A stretch of 64,000 nucleotides of DNA from Paramoeba atlantica (lineage: Eukaryota > Protista > Discosea). The translations under genes were made by a program, and so were the position numbers. Below are positions 1-10,704 of this stretch, piece by piece. Below the pieces are notes generated by a model. The model made no database searches. It worked only from the letters and a program-made list of their open reading frames with translations, and was not told where the DNA came from. Location of the stretch: positions 1 through 64,000 of the forward strand of contig CDRNVI010000008.1 of NCBI GenBank assembly GCA_977017575.1, read 5' to 3'. The first letter of the stretch is position 1. The number at the start of each line of letters is the position of its first letter.

Positions 1-147
1 ACGATATTCAGAACGAGATCTCTCGTTTGCAACAAAAATTAGCTCAAACGGCCTCACGAGGCTAAAATGCGAAGCTAGTCAGTTTTCGTGGCCCCCCCTG
101 TATACATGTATATTGGCGTGCCGTCCACAATCGCAGTAACGCGAGTA

Positions 148-388
148 AACTGACGGTGCTGATACATGAGGCGATACAAAGCTCTACGTCTTGCTTTTGC
201 AAAGAAGTACGAGCATTGGACGCACGCCGACTGGAGACGTGTGCTTTTTACTTATGAAAGTAAGATCTGACTTTCGAGTCGAATGGCAGCCGTATTTGAA
301 TATTTCACTGTAATATTAAAAAATATTTCCAAAATCGGCCAAAATACAAGACCTGCAGAGAGGGTACATATCGTTGTCCGACACTGTA
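148..388 (+). mobile_element. Tc1/mariner relic: transposase fragment plus right terminus
   Basis: 172-270 translates to RYKALRLAFAKKYEHWTHADWRRVLFTYESKI*, the Tc1 segment around the first catalytic Asp (here D>Y). The relic ends in ...GTCCGACACTG|TA (382-388), the reverse complement of a TA|CAGTG Tc1 end. A second, CAGGG-type end (GCCCCCCCTG|TA) sits at 91-102. Confidence 0.8.
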
Positions 389-459
389 TGTCAGAGTGTC
401 AATCCATTTATATGAAATTTATTTCATGTCTTTAAATATAGAATTGTAGTTTTCTGGCA

Positions 460-2499
460 ATGTTGGAAGAAAATATATGCTCTCATCTGTGCATTTCCTT
501 GTGCGCCAAAACTTGCTCCTCCTTCGAAAAATTGACCAATGAATGTTCGTATTGTTTTTTGGGTCTTTCAAAAGTAACAATTCACATTTGCTTAACTTGC
601 TTTAGTGCATACTGTTCTTCACATATTGCAGCACACGGGAAGCGTTCTCCAGATCACTTTTGCTTTCTTAGCGCTAGCGTTACATCAGATCCACTGCAAA
701 ATAAATTTGATGTTATCCAAGGAACCTTGGTTTGTAATTTTTGTGACATCCGATGCAAAAATATCCTGAAAAACGAAACCATGAACCACATTTTAGGCAA
801 GTTGGAGCAAATTCACCCTCCTGACTCAGAATGCTACATACCAGAAGCACCCATAAAATTTGATTGTTTTCACCAAATGGATCTCACACAAACCAATAAA
901 TCAGCAAAACCCTTGGAAAGGTGTAGTTTGTGTTCAGCATTCAAAAACCTCTGGTTATGCCTCACTTGCGGAAACGTTGCATGCGGAAGAAGAGATACTG
1001 GAGGGCGCGGTCATGCGCGCGCACATTATCAGCTCACCAATCATCCGATCGCAGTAAAGTTGGGCACTATCCGGGCCGATGGAACTGCGGATGTATGGTG
1101 CTATGCTTGCGATGATGCGATCGTAGATTATTCTTTACAAAGTCACGTTGGAAACTATGGCATCAATATGGAAAGTCAAAAGAAAACTGAGAACACAACA
1201 CGGGAAATTGAGGCTAGTCACGCAACGAAGACCTTTAAAGAAACTAGTATTGAAGAGGCGAGAGACGAAGAACATCCTGTGATAGGCAGACATCTAGTAG
1301 GTTTCAAAAACACTGGCAATACGTGTTACATAGCATGCGCCTTGCACATGTTCTTTGCTTCAAAGTTCGTTGGCAACGCCTACTCTACGGAATCATGCCT
1401 GAGACATATTATGCTTTCTCATCCGAATGGTGAGCTTCACTGTCCCACATGCCAGTTAATAAAAGTAGCCAATAGTTTACTGAGCAGTTGCGCGTCAGCA
1501 GATTCTCCTTTACACGTTCATCATTTCAAGATCCCATGGTTGAAGGGAACAAGGTTTGAGGCCCCTGTTCAAAACGATGTGGATGAGTTCATACAATTCT
1601 TTTTGGAGAAATTATCCTACGAATCTTATCAAAGTGGATTGGACTTAAATTCAAGCCATGCAATTTATGTGCTGGAACGTCGTAAGTGCGACGGATGCCA
1701 TAAATTAGAATATAACATCGAGCGACACTTCACAATGTCGGTTCCACTACCCAGTGTGCCGAAACATAAAAACTGGAATCATTCAAATTTCTTTCCTCAA
1801 ATCTCATTTCAGGATTGTCTTAAAGAGTTTGCAAGGCCTTACACACAATACCGCACATGCGCTGAGTGCAAGGGTACTTCTCATACTCTATCGAATTCCG
1901 TGTTGCGTTTTCCTCCTATTCTGTTTGTAAGCCTACAAAGATTCTACTGGGATCAAGATAAACAAGAAGTAAAGAAGGTGGGCGTCGCTGTTAAAGGGTT
2001 GAACTCAGAGGTGCTGAATTTTTCTTCGGTGCAATACTCAGATTTCAAAAACGCTGATCCTTCAAAAATGTGTACTAGCCATGAGTCGCGCGATACTATG
2101 CAAGAGAATTCGCTTCCCGAAGTGACTTTGGCTCAACTTATTTCCTTGGATGTGCCACAGGACTTGGCAGAGGAGGCGCTCAAGCGAGTGGGAGGCAACC
2201 TGGAAGCGTCGCTGGCGCTTATACCTGCGCTTTCTTGGAGCTCCTACACACCTACGGGTTTGCCCAGTGATGGACCGCGCTCTAACGACAAAAGCGAAGG
2301 TACCACTCCCTTATTCGGATACATTCTACGTGGAATGATTACCCATTTGGGGCCAAATGCTGAGTGTGGACATTATGTGGCCTATTTACTGCTTCCCGGG
2401 CAAGGATGGTTTTCATATGACGATAGCAAGGTAAGAAAATGCGTGGCTCCTCCCTTCGAATCGGCCTACGTGTATTTCTTCGAACGAGTAGGTACTTAA
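460..2499 (+). CDS. UBP14: Ubiquitin C-terminal hydrolase, USP5/UBP14 (isopeptidase T) type
   Basis: zf-UBP (CSLC...LWLCLTCGNVACGR...GHARAHY), Cys box GFKNTGNTCY, UBA-like insert (LISLDVPQDLAEEALKRVGGNLEAS), His box HLGPNAECGHYVAY and YDDSKV. Confidence 0.92.
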   Translation: MLEENICSHLCISLCAKTCSSFEKLTNECSYCFLGLSKVTIHICLTCFSAYCSSHIAAHGKRSPDHFCFLSASVTSDPLQNKFDVIQGTLVCNFCDIRCKNILKNETMNHILGKLEQIHPPDSECYIPEAPIKFDCFHQMDLTQTNKSAKPLERCSLCSAFKNLWLCLTCGNVACGRRDTGGRGHARAHYQLTNHPIAVKLGTIRADGTADVWCYACDDAIVDYSLQSHVGNYGINMESQKKTENTTREIEASHATKTFKETSIEEARDEEHPVIGRHLVGFKNTGNTCYIACALHMFFASKFVGNAYSTESCLRHIMLSHPNGELHCPTCQLIKVANSLLSSCASADSPLHVHHFKIPWLKGTRFEAPVQNDVDEFIQFFLEKLSYESYQSGLDLNSSHAIYVLERRKCDGCHKLEYNIERHFTMSVPLPSVPKHKNWNHSNFFPQISFQDCLKEFARPYTQYRTCAECKGTSHTLSNSVLRFPPILFVSLQRFYWDQDKQEVKKVGVAVKGLNSEVLNFSSVQYSDFKNADPSKMCTSHESRDTMQENSLPEVTLAQLISLDVPQDLAEEALKRVGGNLEASLALIPALSWSSYTPTGLPSDGPRSNDKSEGTTPLFGYILRGMITHLGPNAECGHYVAYLLLPGQGWFSYDDSKVRKCVAPPFESAYVYFFERVGT

Positions 2500-2753
2500 A
2501 CATGCAGTTTGTCCTTCCCCTTCTAGATTGCTATCATAGTTGAAAATTCGTGTTTTGTCCCAACTGTAGAAAATGTGTTTTTTTGAGTTAGTCTCAGGGT
2601 GTGTCCCAAAGAATCTTCGATCTATTCAGTGCACAATAAGTACAATATTAAGTTTGTACCTTTCCATTCTTTCTACGTTTTTGTGCCACCCCTTTCATTT
2701 GTGTCGTTTAATTTCGTACATGTTGCGTTTTTCGAGTTCCCACGCAGACCCTT

Positions 2754-4130
2754 ATGCTGTTTCCTTTCCTCTTGTTATGTAGTCTCACCCTACATTGTAC
2801 CTCAGCGCACGAGCCCTGGGCCATTATCCTCTCCAGCAGTCGGTTTTGGTTCAACTACAGACACACCGCTAACGCGCTCACCTTCCACCGTCTCCTCACC
2901 CAGCAAGGCGTCCCGTCCTCCCACATCCTGCTCCTCCTCGCGGACCCCCTCGCCTGTAACTCACGCAACCCCTACCCTGGCACCATCTACGCCCACCCGT
3001 CTCTCACCGACAACCTCTTCGCTCCCCCCCACCCCTGTGGAACACAACCCCCAATGTCTCTTCTCTCCCACAAAGGGTACGACGTCACCCCGGAGTCTCT
3101 GTTTCGTGCCCTCCAAGGGCGACCGTTCTCTCCTCGTGCCTCCTCCTCCTCCCCCTCATCTCCTGCTTCCTCTTCTCCTACGAACACCGAAAAAGGAAGA
3201 AACGCTTCGGCTTCGTCTTCTTTTTTTTCTCTTTTCCCTTTTTCGCTTTTTTCTTCCTCTTCACCCTCTCCCAATAAGAATACAAAAGCAACGCGTAAGA
3301 AACGAAGAAGAAGAGACAATGAAAAAGAAGAAGGAAAAAAAGAAAAAGAAGAAAAACCAGAAGAAGAAGAAGAAGAAAAACCAGAAGAAAATGAAAAAGA
3401 AGAAAACACACGTTATTTTTCCTCTTCTTCCCCTAAAAACAGAAATAAGAAAGACCACGACCACGAGACCCCCCCCTTCACCCCCCCCTCCCCCTTCACC
3501 CCCCCTCCCCACGCCCACCTCCTGCTCTACCTCACCGGCCACGGCGCCCGCGGGCTCCTCAAGTTCCACGACGCCCGCGAGATGCCCTACGCCGCCCTCG
3601 CCGCGGAGGTCCACCGGCTGTTCCTCCGGGTGCGGTTCGCGCGGCTGCTGGTGCTCGCGGAGACCTGCGAGGGGGCGTCGCTGTGCGCCGCGCTGCACAC
3701 CCCGGGGGTCGTGTGCGTGGCCGCGAGCGACGTCGGGGAGCCCTCCAGGTCGTGGGCCCGGGACCCGCGGGTGGGGCAGCCCGTGGTGGACCGGTTCGCC
3801 AGGAGCACGGAGAGGGGGGTGGGGGCGGGGAGGGCGGAGAGGGAGAAAGAGAAAACAGAAAAGGGGGGAGGGAAGGAAGCGGGGTGTGGCCCTCCGATGT
3901 TGCGGAGGTTGATGCGACATTGGAGGGAGGGGAGGGGGGAGATACGCTCGACGGTGCGGGTGTATGTGTCGGGGAGGGAAGGGGAGGGGGAAGGGGGGAA
4001 GGTGGTGAAAATGTACCCTGTGGAGTCGTTTTCGGGGGAGGAAGAGGAGGGGTTGGATGGTTTGTTGGAGAGTATATGGGATGTGGAGGAGGAGACGGTG
4101 TCGTTTCCGGATTTGCAGGACGTGGAGTGA
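2754..4130 (+). CDS. GPI8: GPI-anchor transamidase catalytic subunit (C13 peptidase) with a large low-complexity insertion and no C-terminal TM anchor
   Basis: Signal peptide, SRFWFNYRHTAN, LADPLACNSRNP, catalytic His in YLTGHG and catalytic Cys in AETCEG, matching PIG-K/GPI8 motifs. Confidence 0.93.
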   Translation: MLFPFLLLCSLTLHCTSAHEPWAIILSSSRFWFNYRHTANALTFHRLLTQQGVPSSHILLLLADPLACNSRNPYPGTIYAHPSLTDNLFAPPHPCGTQPPMSLLSHKGYDVTPESLFRALQGRPFSPRASSSSPSSPASSSPTNTEKGRNASASSSFFSLFPFSLFSSSSPSPNKNTKATRKKRRRRDNEKEEGKKEKEEKPEEEEEEKPEENEKEENTRYFSSSSPKNRNKKDHDHETPPFTPPSPFTPPPHAHLLLYLTGHGARGLLKFHDAREMPYAALAAEVHRLFLRVRFARLLVLAETCEGASLCAALHTPGVVCVAASDVGEPSRSWARDPRVGQPVVDRFARSTERGVGAGRAEREKEKTEKGGGKEAGCGPPMLRRLMRHWREGRGEIRSTVRVYVSGREGEGEGGKVVKMYPVESFSGEEEEGLDGLLESIWDVEEETVSFPDLQDVE

Positions 4131-4596
4131 GGTCTTTTTTTCCTGGAGGCGCGTAACGTGTATCCCTTTTTTACCATAAAGGAGAGTATATCAGAAAGAT
4201 GTGTGTACCATCTGAGAGAAAATTGGTCTTCCCCTACAAGCTTCAAAGGTGATACGTGCTGACGGTTTGTCCATAAATTACCAGGACAGTGAGAAACGAC
4301 CTTTCGGTCTGCCTTCTTAGGCATGCTGATCTGCACGACATAGAGAATTACTTCAGTAGAAAGGTGGAAGGGAAAAGTTATGTGCAGACGCTCATCTTGC
4401 TGCACACGAAATATACATGGCGTGAGTGGGATTGGGTTCATGGTGCTTGAGCAATAATACTTTTTTCACCATCAAATTTCTTTCTCTTTGGAGGACTTTA
4501 ATATGGATAAACTCAGAAGAAGATTTGTGAATATGAATGTAATCTGAACGTATTGAAATTTGATACTCTTTTCCGTTTTTTCAGTTTTCCCACACA

Positions 4597-5265
4597 ATGG
4601 CCGTCACCCCATGGCTCGGGCCTTTGTGCTCTCCAGCAGAGGTAGAAACCTATCTTAATGACGAGGACCCCAACTCCTCTCCCCCTATGTCCTGCCTCAC
4701 CTGGATCAAATGGCTGCGTGAGGCCGAAGATGACGAAGACACCCGCCGCATTCAGTGGGATCGACTTTTTGCAGAGCTCAATTGGATTCGACACGAAAAA
4801 CAGCAACGGCAGAACCGTGCAAACCATAAAAGTACAGGAAAAGATTCAATTCCATCGGGTTCAGAGACACCTCTTGTTCCACCTCCACCCGTTGATGTCT
4901 CTAGTTCGGAAAAGAATCCCATTTCAGGTCCAACCTCAAACGAGGAACCGCGGGGCAAGAAGCGGCCTGCGGCTTCTACAGTTCCGGATAAGGTGGAGCC
5001 CATACCTGAACCAGTGGCAATGCAACACCCGCCTCATACCACTGGTTCATGCACGGCTGATTCGCTGCCGCAAAGCTCTGAGCTCACACAAGGACCGCCG
5101 TCAGAGGAGAGGAAGCCTTTGCCGGAGGAAAGTTTGGTGGGGAAGGAAACTATAGTCCATGAGGAAATTGCCAGAGCGGGAACCAACGTGACAGTCCCAC
5201 GTCCAGCGCCTCCTCGAGCCGTTCGTATGAAGTTACGGACGAAGCCCCCACGAACAGTGAAGTAG
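4597..5265 (+). CDS. Hypothetical protein (short helical N-terminus, Pro/Ser/Glu-rich tail)
   Basis: 222-aa ATG-initiated ORF on the gene-bearing strand; no motif recognised. Confidence 0.6.
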   Translation: MAVTPWLGPLCSPAEVETYLNDEDPNSSPPMSCLTWIKWLREAEDDEDTRRIQWDRLFAELNWIRHEKQQRQNRANHKSTGKDSIPSGSETPLVPPPPVDVSSSEKNPISGPTSNEEPRGKKRPAASTVPDKVEPIPEPVAMQHPPHTTGSCTADSLPQSSELTQGPPSEERKPLPEESLVGKETIVHEEIARAGTNVTVPRPAPPRAVRMKLRTKPPRTVK

Positions 5266-6679
5266 GGAAGGTTAAACGGTTCGTTCGTTAGGAGAGAAAG
5301 AAATATTGGCGTTGCGGGAGGTGTGTGGATAGGATGAAACCCTGTAGATGGTTAGGTTTCGGATGTGAGGTACGTAGTGATACACAAAGGACTTGTAAAA
5401 TAAGTTTCTTCCTCTTTACTAAATACATACAAATATACACATACATATAATGTATGTGGACTTTCGATTAGATGTTTTAGTACACTCCGTTTTGGCTACC
5501 ACTCAGAATTAGAAAGTCGTCATGACGTCAACAGTCTTTAGCACAACGATGGGCCGGATTGAACGAATAATGTACGAATTTTCTTCTTCGTAATTTTTTA
5601 TAAAACTTTTCCATAATGCAACCTTTTGGCTTCCTTCATTAACGAATGGGGGCTGCATAATAGGTAGTAATATAGTGCGCGCAATACATGCGCAGATCGT
5701 CTAAAACTCGCTTCTGCATACTTGTCCCATTCACCTGCAGATATCCGTTGCACTTTTCTGCTAGGGTGCGTAGACGCTCTTGGGTCAATTCCCAAAAGCA
5801 ATTTGCACCAATTCACCGATAGGGTGTTGTACTCAGAAGGAAATGTAAGAGTGCCTTCCTCAGTTCTTTGCGCGCCTTGTGTCGGTTTAGGTTCTGCGGA
5901 TCATTAAAAAAGACTCGCACCATACCCTCAAGTAGGTCGTCAGAAAGATGTCTCTTCTTGTTTTCTATGTGTAGCATGTGACCAAATTCGCGTTCCGTGT
6001 GTGTTTCGGAAAAGTGAATCCGGTTTATTGCTTGTCTAAACACTCGGATGTGCTTGTATTTTTGAGAAATAGAACTTCGCCAATAGCTCTCCACAACTTG
6101 TCGCTATGCATCATCAACCAGGCGATCAAATTCCGACTCCAACACTTCTCGTGACACATTATTTTCGAAGATATGCGTTACCCTACTCTTTTTACCGTAA
6201 TATTTTGGCATTGCGTCTACGACAATTTTTTCATGTGTTTCACTATTGTATTAGAAGGGAAATCCAAGTACTTAACAAATGATGATGAGCGCACAAGCAA
6301 ATGAATGCCGGGGATCGCAGTTGCTTGTAATAGCGCATGCGCAGATAAAGTAGTAGCTGTTGCGGCGGAGGTATGTCAGTATTCAAGCAGGGTGAAAACC
6401 CCGTTTACACTGAAGCACAGTCGTGTCCGACGCCTCACATAATTTTCCAAAAATTCTGAGAGGCATGGGAAGATGAAATACCCGCATCATATTTTCCTGA
6501 TCCTGAGTAGAGAACGCCTGAAGTGTGTCTGGACTATTAGTTGCCTTCAAGGCGGAACGAATGCGCTCATAGCCAGACCCGCAACAACAGTGTGATGGCA
6601 CCGCGCTTCTGGATGTACACCTATGTTATAATGTTTATATAAAATAGGTGGTGTTATAATATTATATAACATAGGTATA

Positions 6680-8240
6680 CAGGGGTGGGCGCCTTCAGAG
6701 TGGGGGGGTCTAAAATTCGTAAAACTTGACCAATTTTGGAAAGTAATAGCGCATTCGAGAGCTCTCAAATAGTCTGGTGTAATGGCAACATCCGTTTCCC
6801 GTTTTTAGACATTCGAGATAAATGACAGAAAAACAAGGAATTTATTTTTCCCCCGAAGATGCAATTTTTCAGTTTTTTTGGCTTTTTTTAGTTTTTTTGC
6901 GCCGTTAATGCCTCAGAAACGTGTACGATCGCGAACATCACGGTTTCCCTTCCAGAGAGATGCTTATTCACCACCTGGGAAGGTAGGGCCGTCGCATCGC
7001 ATGCTTCTCGTAGACCATTACTTTCGTTCTGGGTCCTACAATGCTACAGCACGCCACTTTGAAGTAGCGGAGAGCACTGTGAAGCGATGGGTCATTCGTT
7101 ACAGCGAAACTGGTGATGTCGAAAGCATTCCCAGACGTCTGAATTTTACAGTTAGGACATCACTGTTTATCGGAGAAGCACTCCGCATAGTAGATGAGGG
7201 TACACGGGATCTTCCTTATGGTGTGGAATCATGGTGCGCTCTACATCGCGAACTTCTATCCAGAGGGTTTCAGTGTTCCAGACGCACTTTGGCTCGAGCT
7301 TTGAAGCCCGATATTATCCTCCGCGTAGTTCAGCGTAAACCACGACTAACCCAACAGCATAAAGACGTTAGAGTCCGATTCTGTAAGGACATGACGGGCT
7401 GGAGCGAACACCAGCTTGATAATATTATTTGGTGTGATGAGAAAAAGTTTACCTGCAAGAAGTCTACCAAAAACGCCTACCTTTGCCGACGGTCCGACCC
7501 TGTAAAAGAGCAGCTAGGTGAGCTGGAAGCGTGGGTAGGGGGCGATGGTATAATGGTGTGGATGGGGGTAAGCATAAAGCATGGATTTCATCTGCACATT
7601 TTTCCTAATAGAGGATGAGCAGGGAAATAGAGTTACTGTGAACGGGGCTGTTTTCGAAGCTGCCATGACCAAGCGTAATGGTCTTTTGAACTACCTACAC
7701 AGGCACCGTGCAGTTGTTGCTATGGACAATTGCCCTGCGCACAACTTGGCAAGGCGTACTTTTCAGCAGCAAAACGTGCGAACGCTCCCCTGGCCCGCAA
7801 AGTCACCAGATCTCAACCCCATCGAAAACTTGTGGAATATCATGGATCAGCACAAGGATCGCATGCGACCACGCAATCGCGCAGATCTCCTCTCTTCTAT
7901 CGAGAGTGCATACGACGCACTTCAAACCGATCTCAAAAGTACTTGCGTGAAGACCATAAAGAGTGTCTCCAAGCGCTTTCAAATCGTTATTGAGAAAAAA
8001 GGGGGAAATTGTGGGTACTGAGATTTTTTTTTGGAAAAAAAGGACTTTTTCGCTTAAAAAATAAAGTTGCAATTCGTGTTTGGGACCATTCTAGCTTTCT
8101 TTGATTCCCGTAAACTTTCGCAGAGTGCTTTTTACGATTACACTAGACTATTTGAGAGCTCTCGAATGCGCTATTACTTTCCAAAATTGAACAAGTTTTA
8201 CGAATTTTAGACCCCCCCACTCTGAAGGTGCCCACCCATG
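6680..8240 (+). mobile_element. Full-length Tc1/IS630-superfamily DNA transposon, 1561 bp, 104-bp TIRs, TA target duplication
   Basis: Left TIR 6680-6783 and right TIR 8137-8240 match with 5 mismatches. TA at 6678-6679 and 8241-8242. Encloses a transposase reading frame. Confidence 0.95.
6908..8021 (+). pseudogene. Tc1-like DDE transposase with a single +1 frameshift near 7610
   Basis: HTH (SYNATARHFEVAESTVKRW), RKPRLT, WCDEKKF, VMVW-like IMVWMGV, MDNCPAH, WPAKSPDLNPIENLW. The two ORFs (6878-7618 and 7581-8021) join if one G is removed from AATAGAGGATGAG. Confidence 0.93.
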
Positions 8241-9502
8241 TATGTTGTATAATATATGTTATATAATATATGTACACCTATGTCAATATATTCAACATTT
8301 TGAATCTTACCCAGGTCAATGAATCTACTGGCATCGATAATGTTCCTAGGAAGAAGGTCTTCGCCTTCTTCGCTGTGTTTATGGTTGTGCGCAGTGGGCC
8401 ATGCAAAATGGTGAATGCGGTGGGAGTAGATGAAAAAAGAAGACAAATTTGAGATTCTGACGCCTCTGGGATTACACGTGTATTCAAGTATGTTTGACTC
8501 AAGGAAGCCTCAGCAACTGTCCCAGTTACCTCCACCACCTCATTATTTCTCTCAAGCGATCGCTTACGCTCCGGTTGTTCATGGCGTCGAATAATATTCG
8601 CTCTCGCGGCAACAAACTCTTCTTTGTGGGCAGTAGTTGACATAACGTCCTTCCAGTTGCCGTGCATCGATTTCATGTGTTCGATAAGGACAGAATGAGA
8701 TCGTTCTGCAGACTTCTTCGCTTTGTAGCCATATTTTTCATTGGCTCTTGGGCACTTCGTACACAACCAATAAATAGCATTCCCAGGGTCCCGCACAAAT
8801 CACCACTCCATTAACTGATCACCATTGCTTTTTGACCACCAATGCTTTTTGGCATGTGAAAAGATTGAAATTAAAATGACTGAAAATATGAACCGTGATC
8901 CCTAAAAAAGTTTGATTATCAGTAGTAAGAAAAGTGTGTTGTGTGTGGGGGGGGGGGGTTATTATTTCTATAAAAACGGGATGTCGGCTCTATTTGCTGC
9001 TTACTCCACCTTTTTCCCGTAATCAATCTTCAATTGATCGTTTCCTTCCAGTACCGGCCGTACTCCCGCCCGAACTTATTCTTATACCGTAGGTAATGGA
9101 GGGTCTCGAAAGCAGGCTCAACCGAAATGGCGGACTTCAGGGCTTTCGCTCCGATTGCGGGACTAATTCGATTTTTTACAGGAACGCGCGGTGGCAGACG
9201 AGGGACCTGATTTGGTTCAAGAGATTCCTCGGCAATGCTCAGTTGTGATACATGTGAAGTGATGGCTGATGCATCCACCATTGACTCCGTGATAACGCTT
9301 GAGGAGCGTCTGAGCTCGGCTCTGGATTCTATGGGATCCCAACATTGTCGGTTTCGTGACTGCCGAAAGAGCCTCGCGTAGCAAAAGCAGTTGTGTCAAC
9401 CCTATTTCATAAATAATTATAATTCTTTATTTGATCGAGGGGGGTGATACTGAAACAATTTCCCAAAGCCAAGTTGAGTAAATTTGTGCAATTTTTCTTT
9501 TT

Positions 9503-9733
9503 TTAGTTTATCTTCCGATAAACTCTATGTGCCGTGCTTACCTCGACCTTGTAATCTCGGGCGGCGGCGCTTACAGACTTGCCAGCATCCATACTGGCAC
9601 ATAGGTTATTTTTTAGTTGTATGGTAAGATCTACCCGAACCTTCTGCAGCTGCTCAGCGAGCTGGTAAGATGCATTTAATATTAGTGCGGTGGATGAAGT
9701 AGATGAAGTATCATCGGGAAAGGGCAGTTTCAT
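9503..9733 (-). mobile_element. Transposase N-terminal HTH relic (Tc1/pogo-like)
   Basis: GKSVSAAARDYKVEVSTAHRVYRK parallels the HTH of the 6.9-kb transposase; no catalytic domain follows. Confidence 0.5.
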
Positions 9734-9917
9734 GTGGCAACGGTGAGGATAGAGTCTGGCACATAGGTTATTTTTTAGTTGTATGGTAAGATCTACCCGA
9801 ACCTTCTGCGGCTGCTCAGCGAGCTGGTTAGATGCATTTAATATTAATGCGGTGGATGAAGTAGATGAAGTATCATCGGGAAAGGGCAGTTTCTTGTGGC
9901 AACGGTGAGGATAGAGT
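9594..9917. repeat. 162-bp direct tandem duplication
   Basis: 9594-9755 and 9756-9917 differ at 4 positions. Confidence 0.95.
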
Positions 9918-10056
9918 CAGTTGGCTCGCGTTAAAGAATAGAAGTGGTGGGGCCATCGGGTATTAAACGAATATTGAAATCAATGAAACTCTACAATTTC
10001 TGACCTGGGTTAGCTATCATCACAGAGTAGGGATGGGGGGGAATCTGATACCTCCC

Positions 10057-10476
10057 TTACTTCGCCACACACGGAGTGGCTAAGTGTGGTGAAGTAAGGG
10101 GGGGAGTAAGGGGGGGTAACGGTACGCTCTTTAAGAAGACGATGTGTACCCATCTAGGCTCAAAAACATGCAAAAAGAGCCCATGATTAACACTTATCCC
10201 CAACCAAGCCATCACCCCCTCTACCCCATACCATCTCTGATTCCTGGCGCAGTTTTCTTGGGCCATCTTTTGGGGCGATGTAAAATTGTAAAGACCCGTA
10301 CACACCGCACTCGAATAATTTCTGATCGGTCCAAGAGGAATGCGCTTCAACTTGTGCGCCTCAGTTAGGTTACAGCTGGGCCCCTTGGATAACCTGCTGC
10401 ATCCTTCATTGTTTAAAATGCTCGTCACTTTATTAAGAGAACAAGTGCGCCCCTTGTTTTTAACCATTTTATGCAC
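10057..10476 (-). mobile_element. Second, older Tc1-like transposase relic related to the 6.7-kb element
   Basis: LTEAHKLKRI and GVEGVMAWLGISVNHGLFLHVFEPR align by eye with LTQQHKDVRV and GGDGIMVWMGVSIKHGFHLHIFPNR. Confidence 0.75.
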
Positions 10477-10704
10477 CCAAGAATACGTGAGGCATCCATC
10501 AGGGCTCTCATTCTCTTCGTTACCTATGTTTTTTACTGGGGAGATAAATCTTTTTTATGTTTTTTTTCTTTATGGTGATTTTAGAGGGGACAAATCTTTT
10601 TCTTTCCACAAGTTGATAAATTTTCGTGCTGTGCGGCGGTCACGCCCAAAAGTCGACGCTAATTTGTGAATCGACGTACCGCTTTTCTATTGTTTAATTA
10701 TTTG

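Larger units (their letters stand above)
5850..8800 (-). mobile_element. Degenerate hAT transposase (BED finger at 8.6-8.8 kb, dimerisation domain at 5.9-6.1 kb), split by a Tc1-like insertion
   Basis: WLCTKC...SHSVLIEHMKSMH is a BED-type C2H2 finger. YWRSSISQKYKHIRVF...SETHTEREFGHMLHIENKKRHLSDDLLEGMVR resembles the hAT C-terminal domain (W...YP.L...S...ER.FS...R..LS...LE). Several stops and frameshifts are present. Confidence 0.72.

Noticed and set aside
3128-3468. GPI8 insertion as a cis-spliced intron
   Set aside because: The frame is open throughout, I found no convincing frame-restoring GT-AG pair with a donor consensus, and no other gene here has introns. RNA-seq would settle it.
2599-3920. 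Long overlapping alternative-frame and antisense ORFs in GC-rich stretches (also 14157-15878, 30460-31559, 36661-37728, 42535-43684)
   Set aside because: Shadow ORFs: C/G-run DNA lacks stop codons, the translations are low-complexity P/G/R strings, and a conserved protein occupies another frame.
5260-8904. Candidate hAT terminal repeats (TAGGGA at 5263 and TCCCTA at 8899-8904)
   Set aside because: The match is only about 6 bp and no 8-bp target duplication is visible.
9030-9400. Minus-strand open frame with WDPIESRAELRR resembling Tc1 LNPIE
   Set aside because: A single weak motif with no other transposase features.
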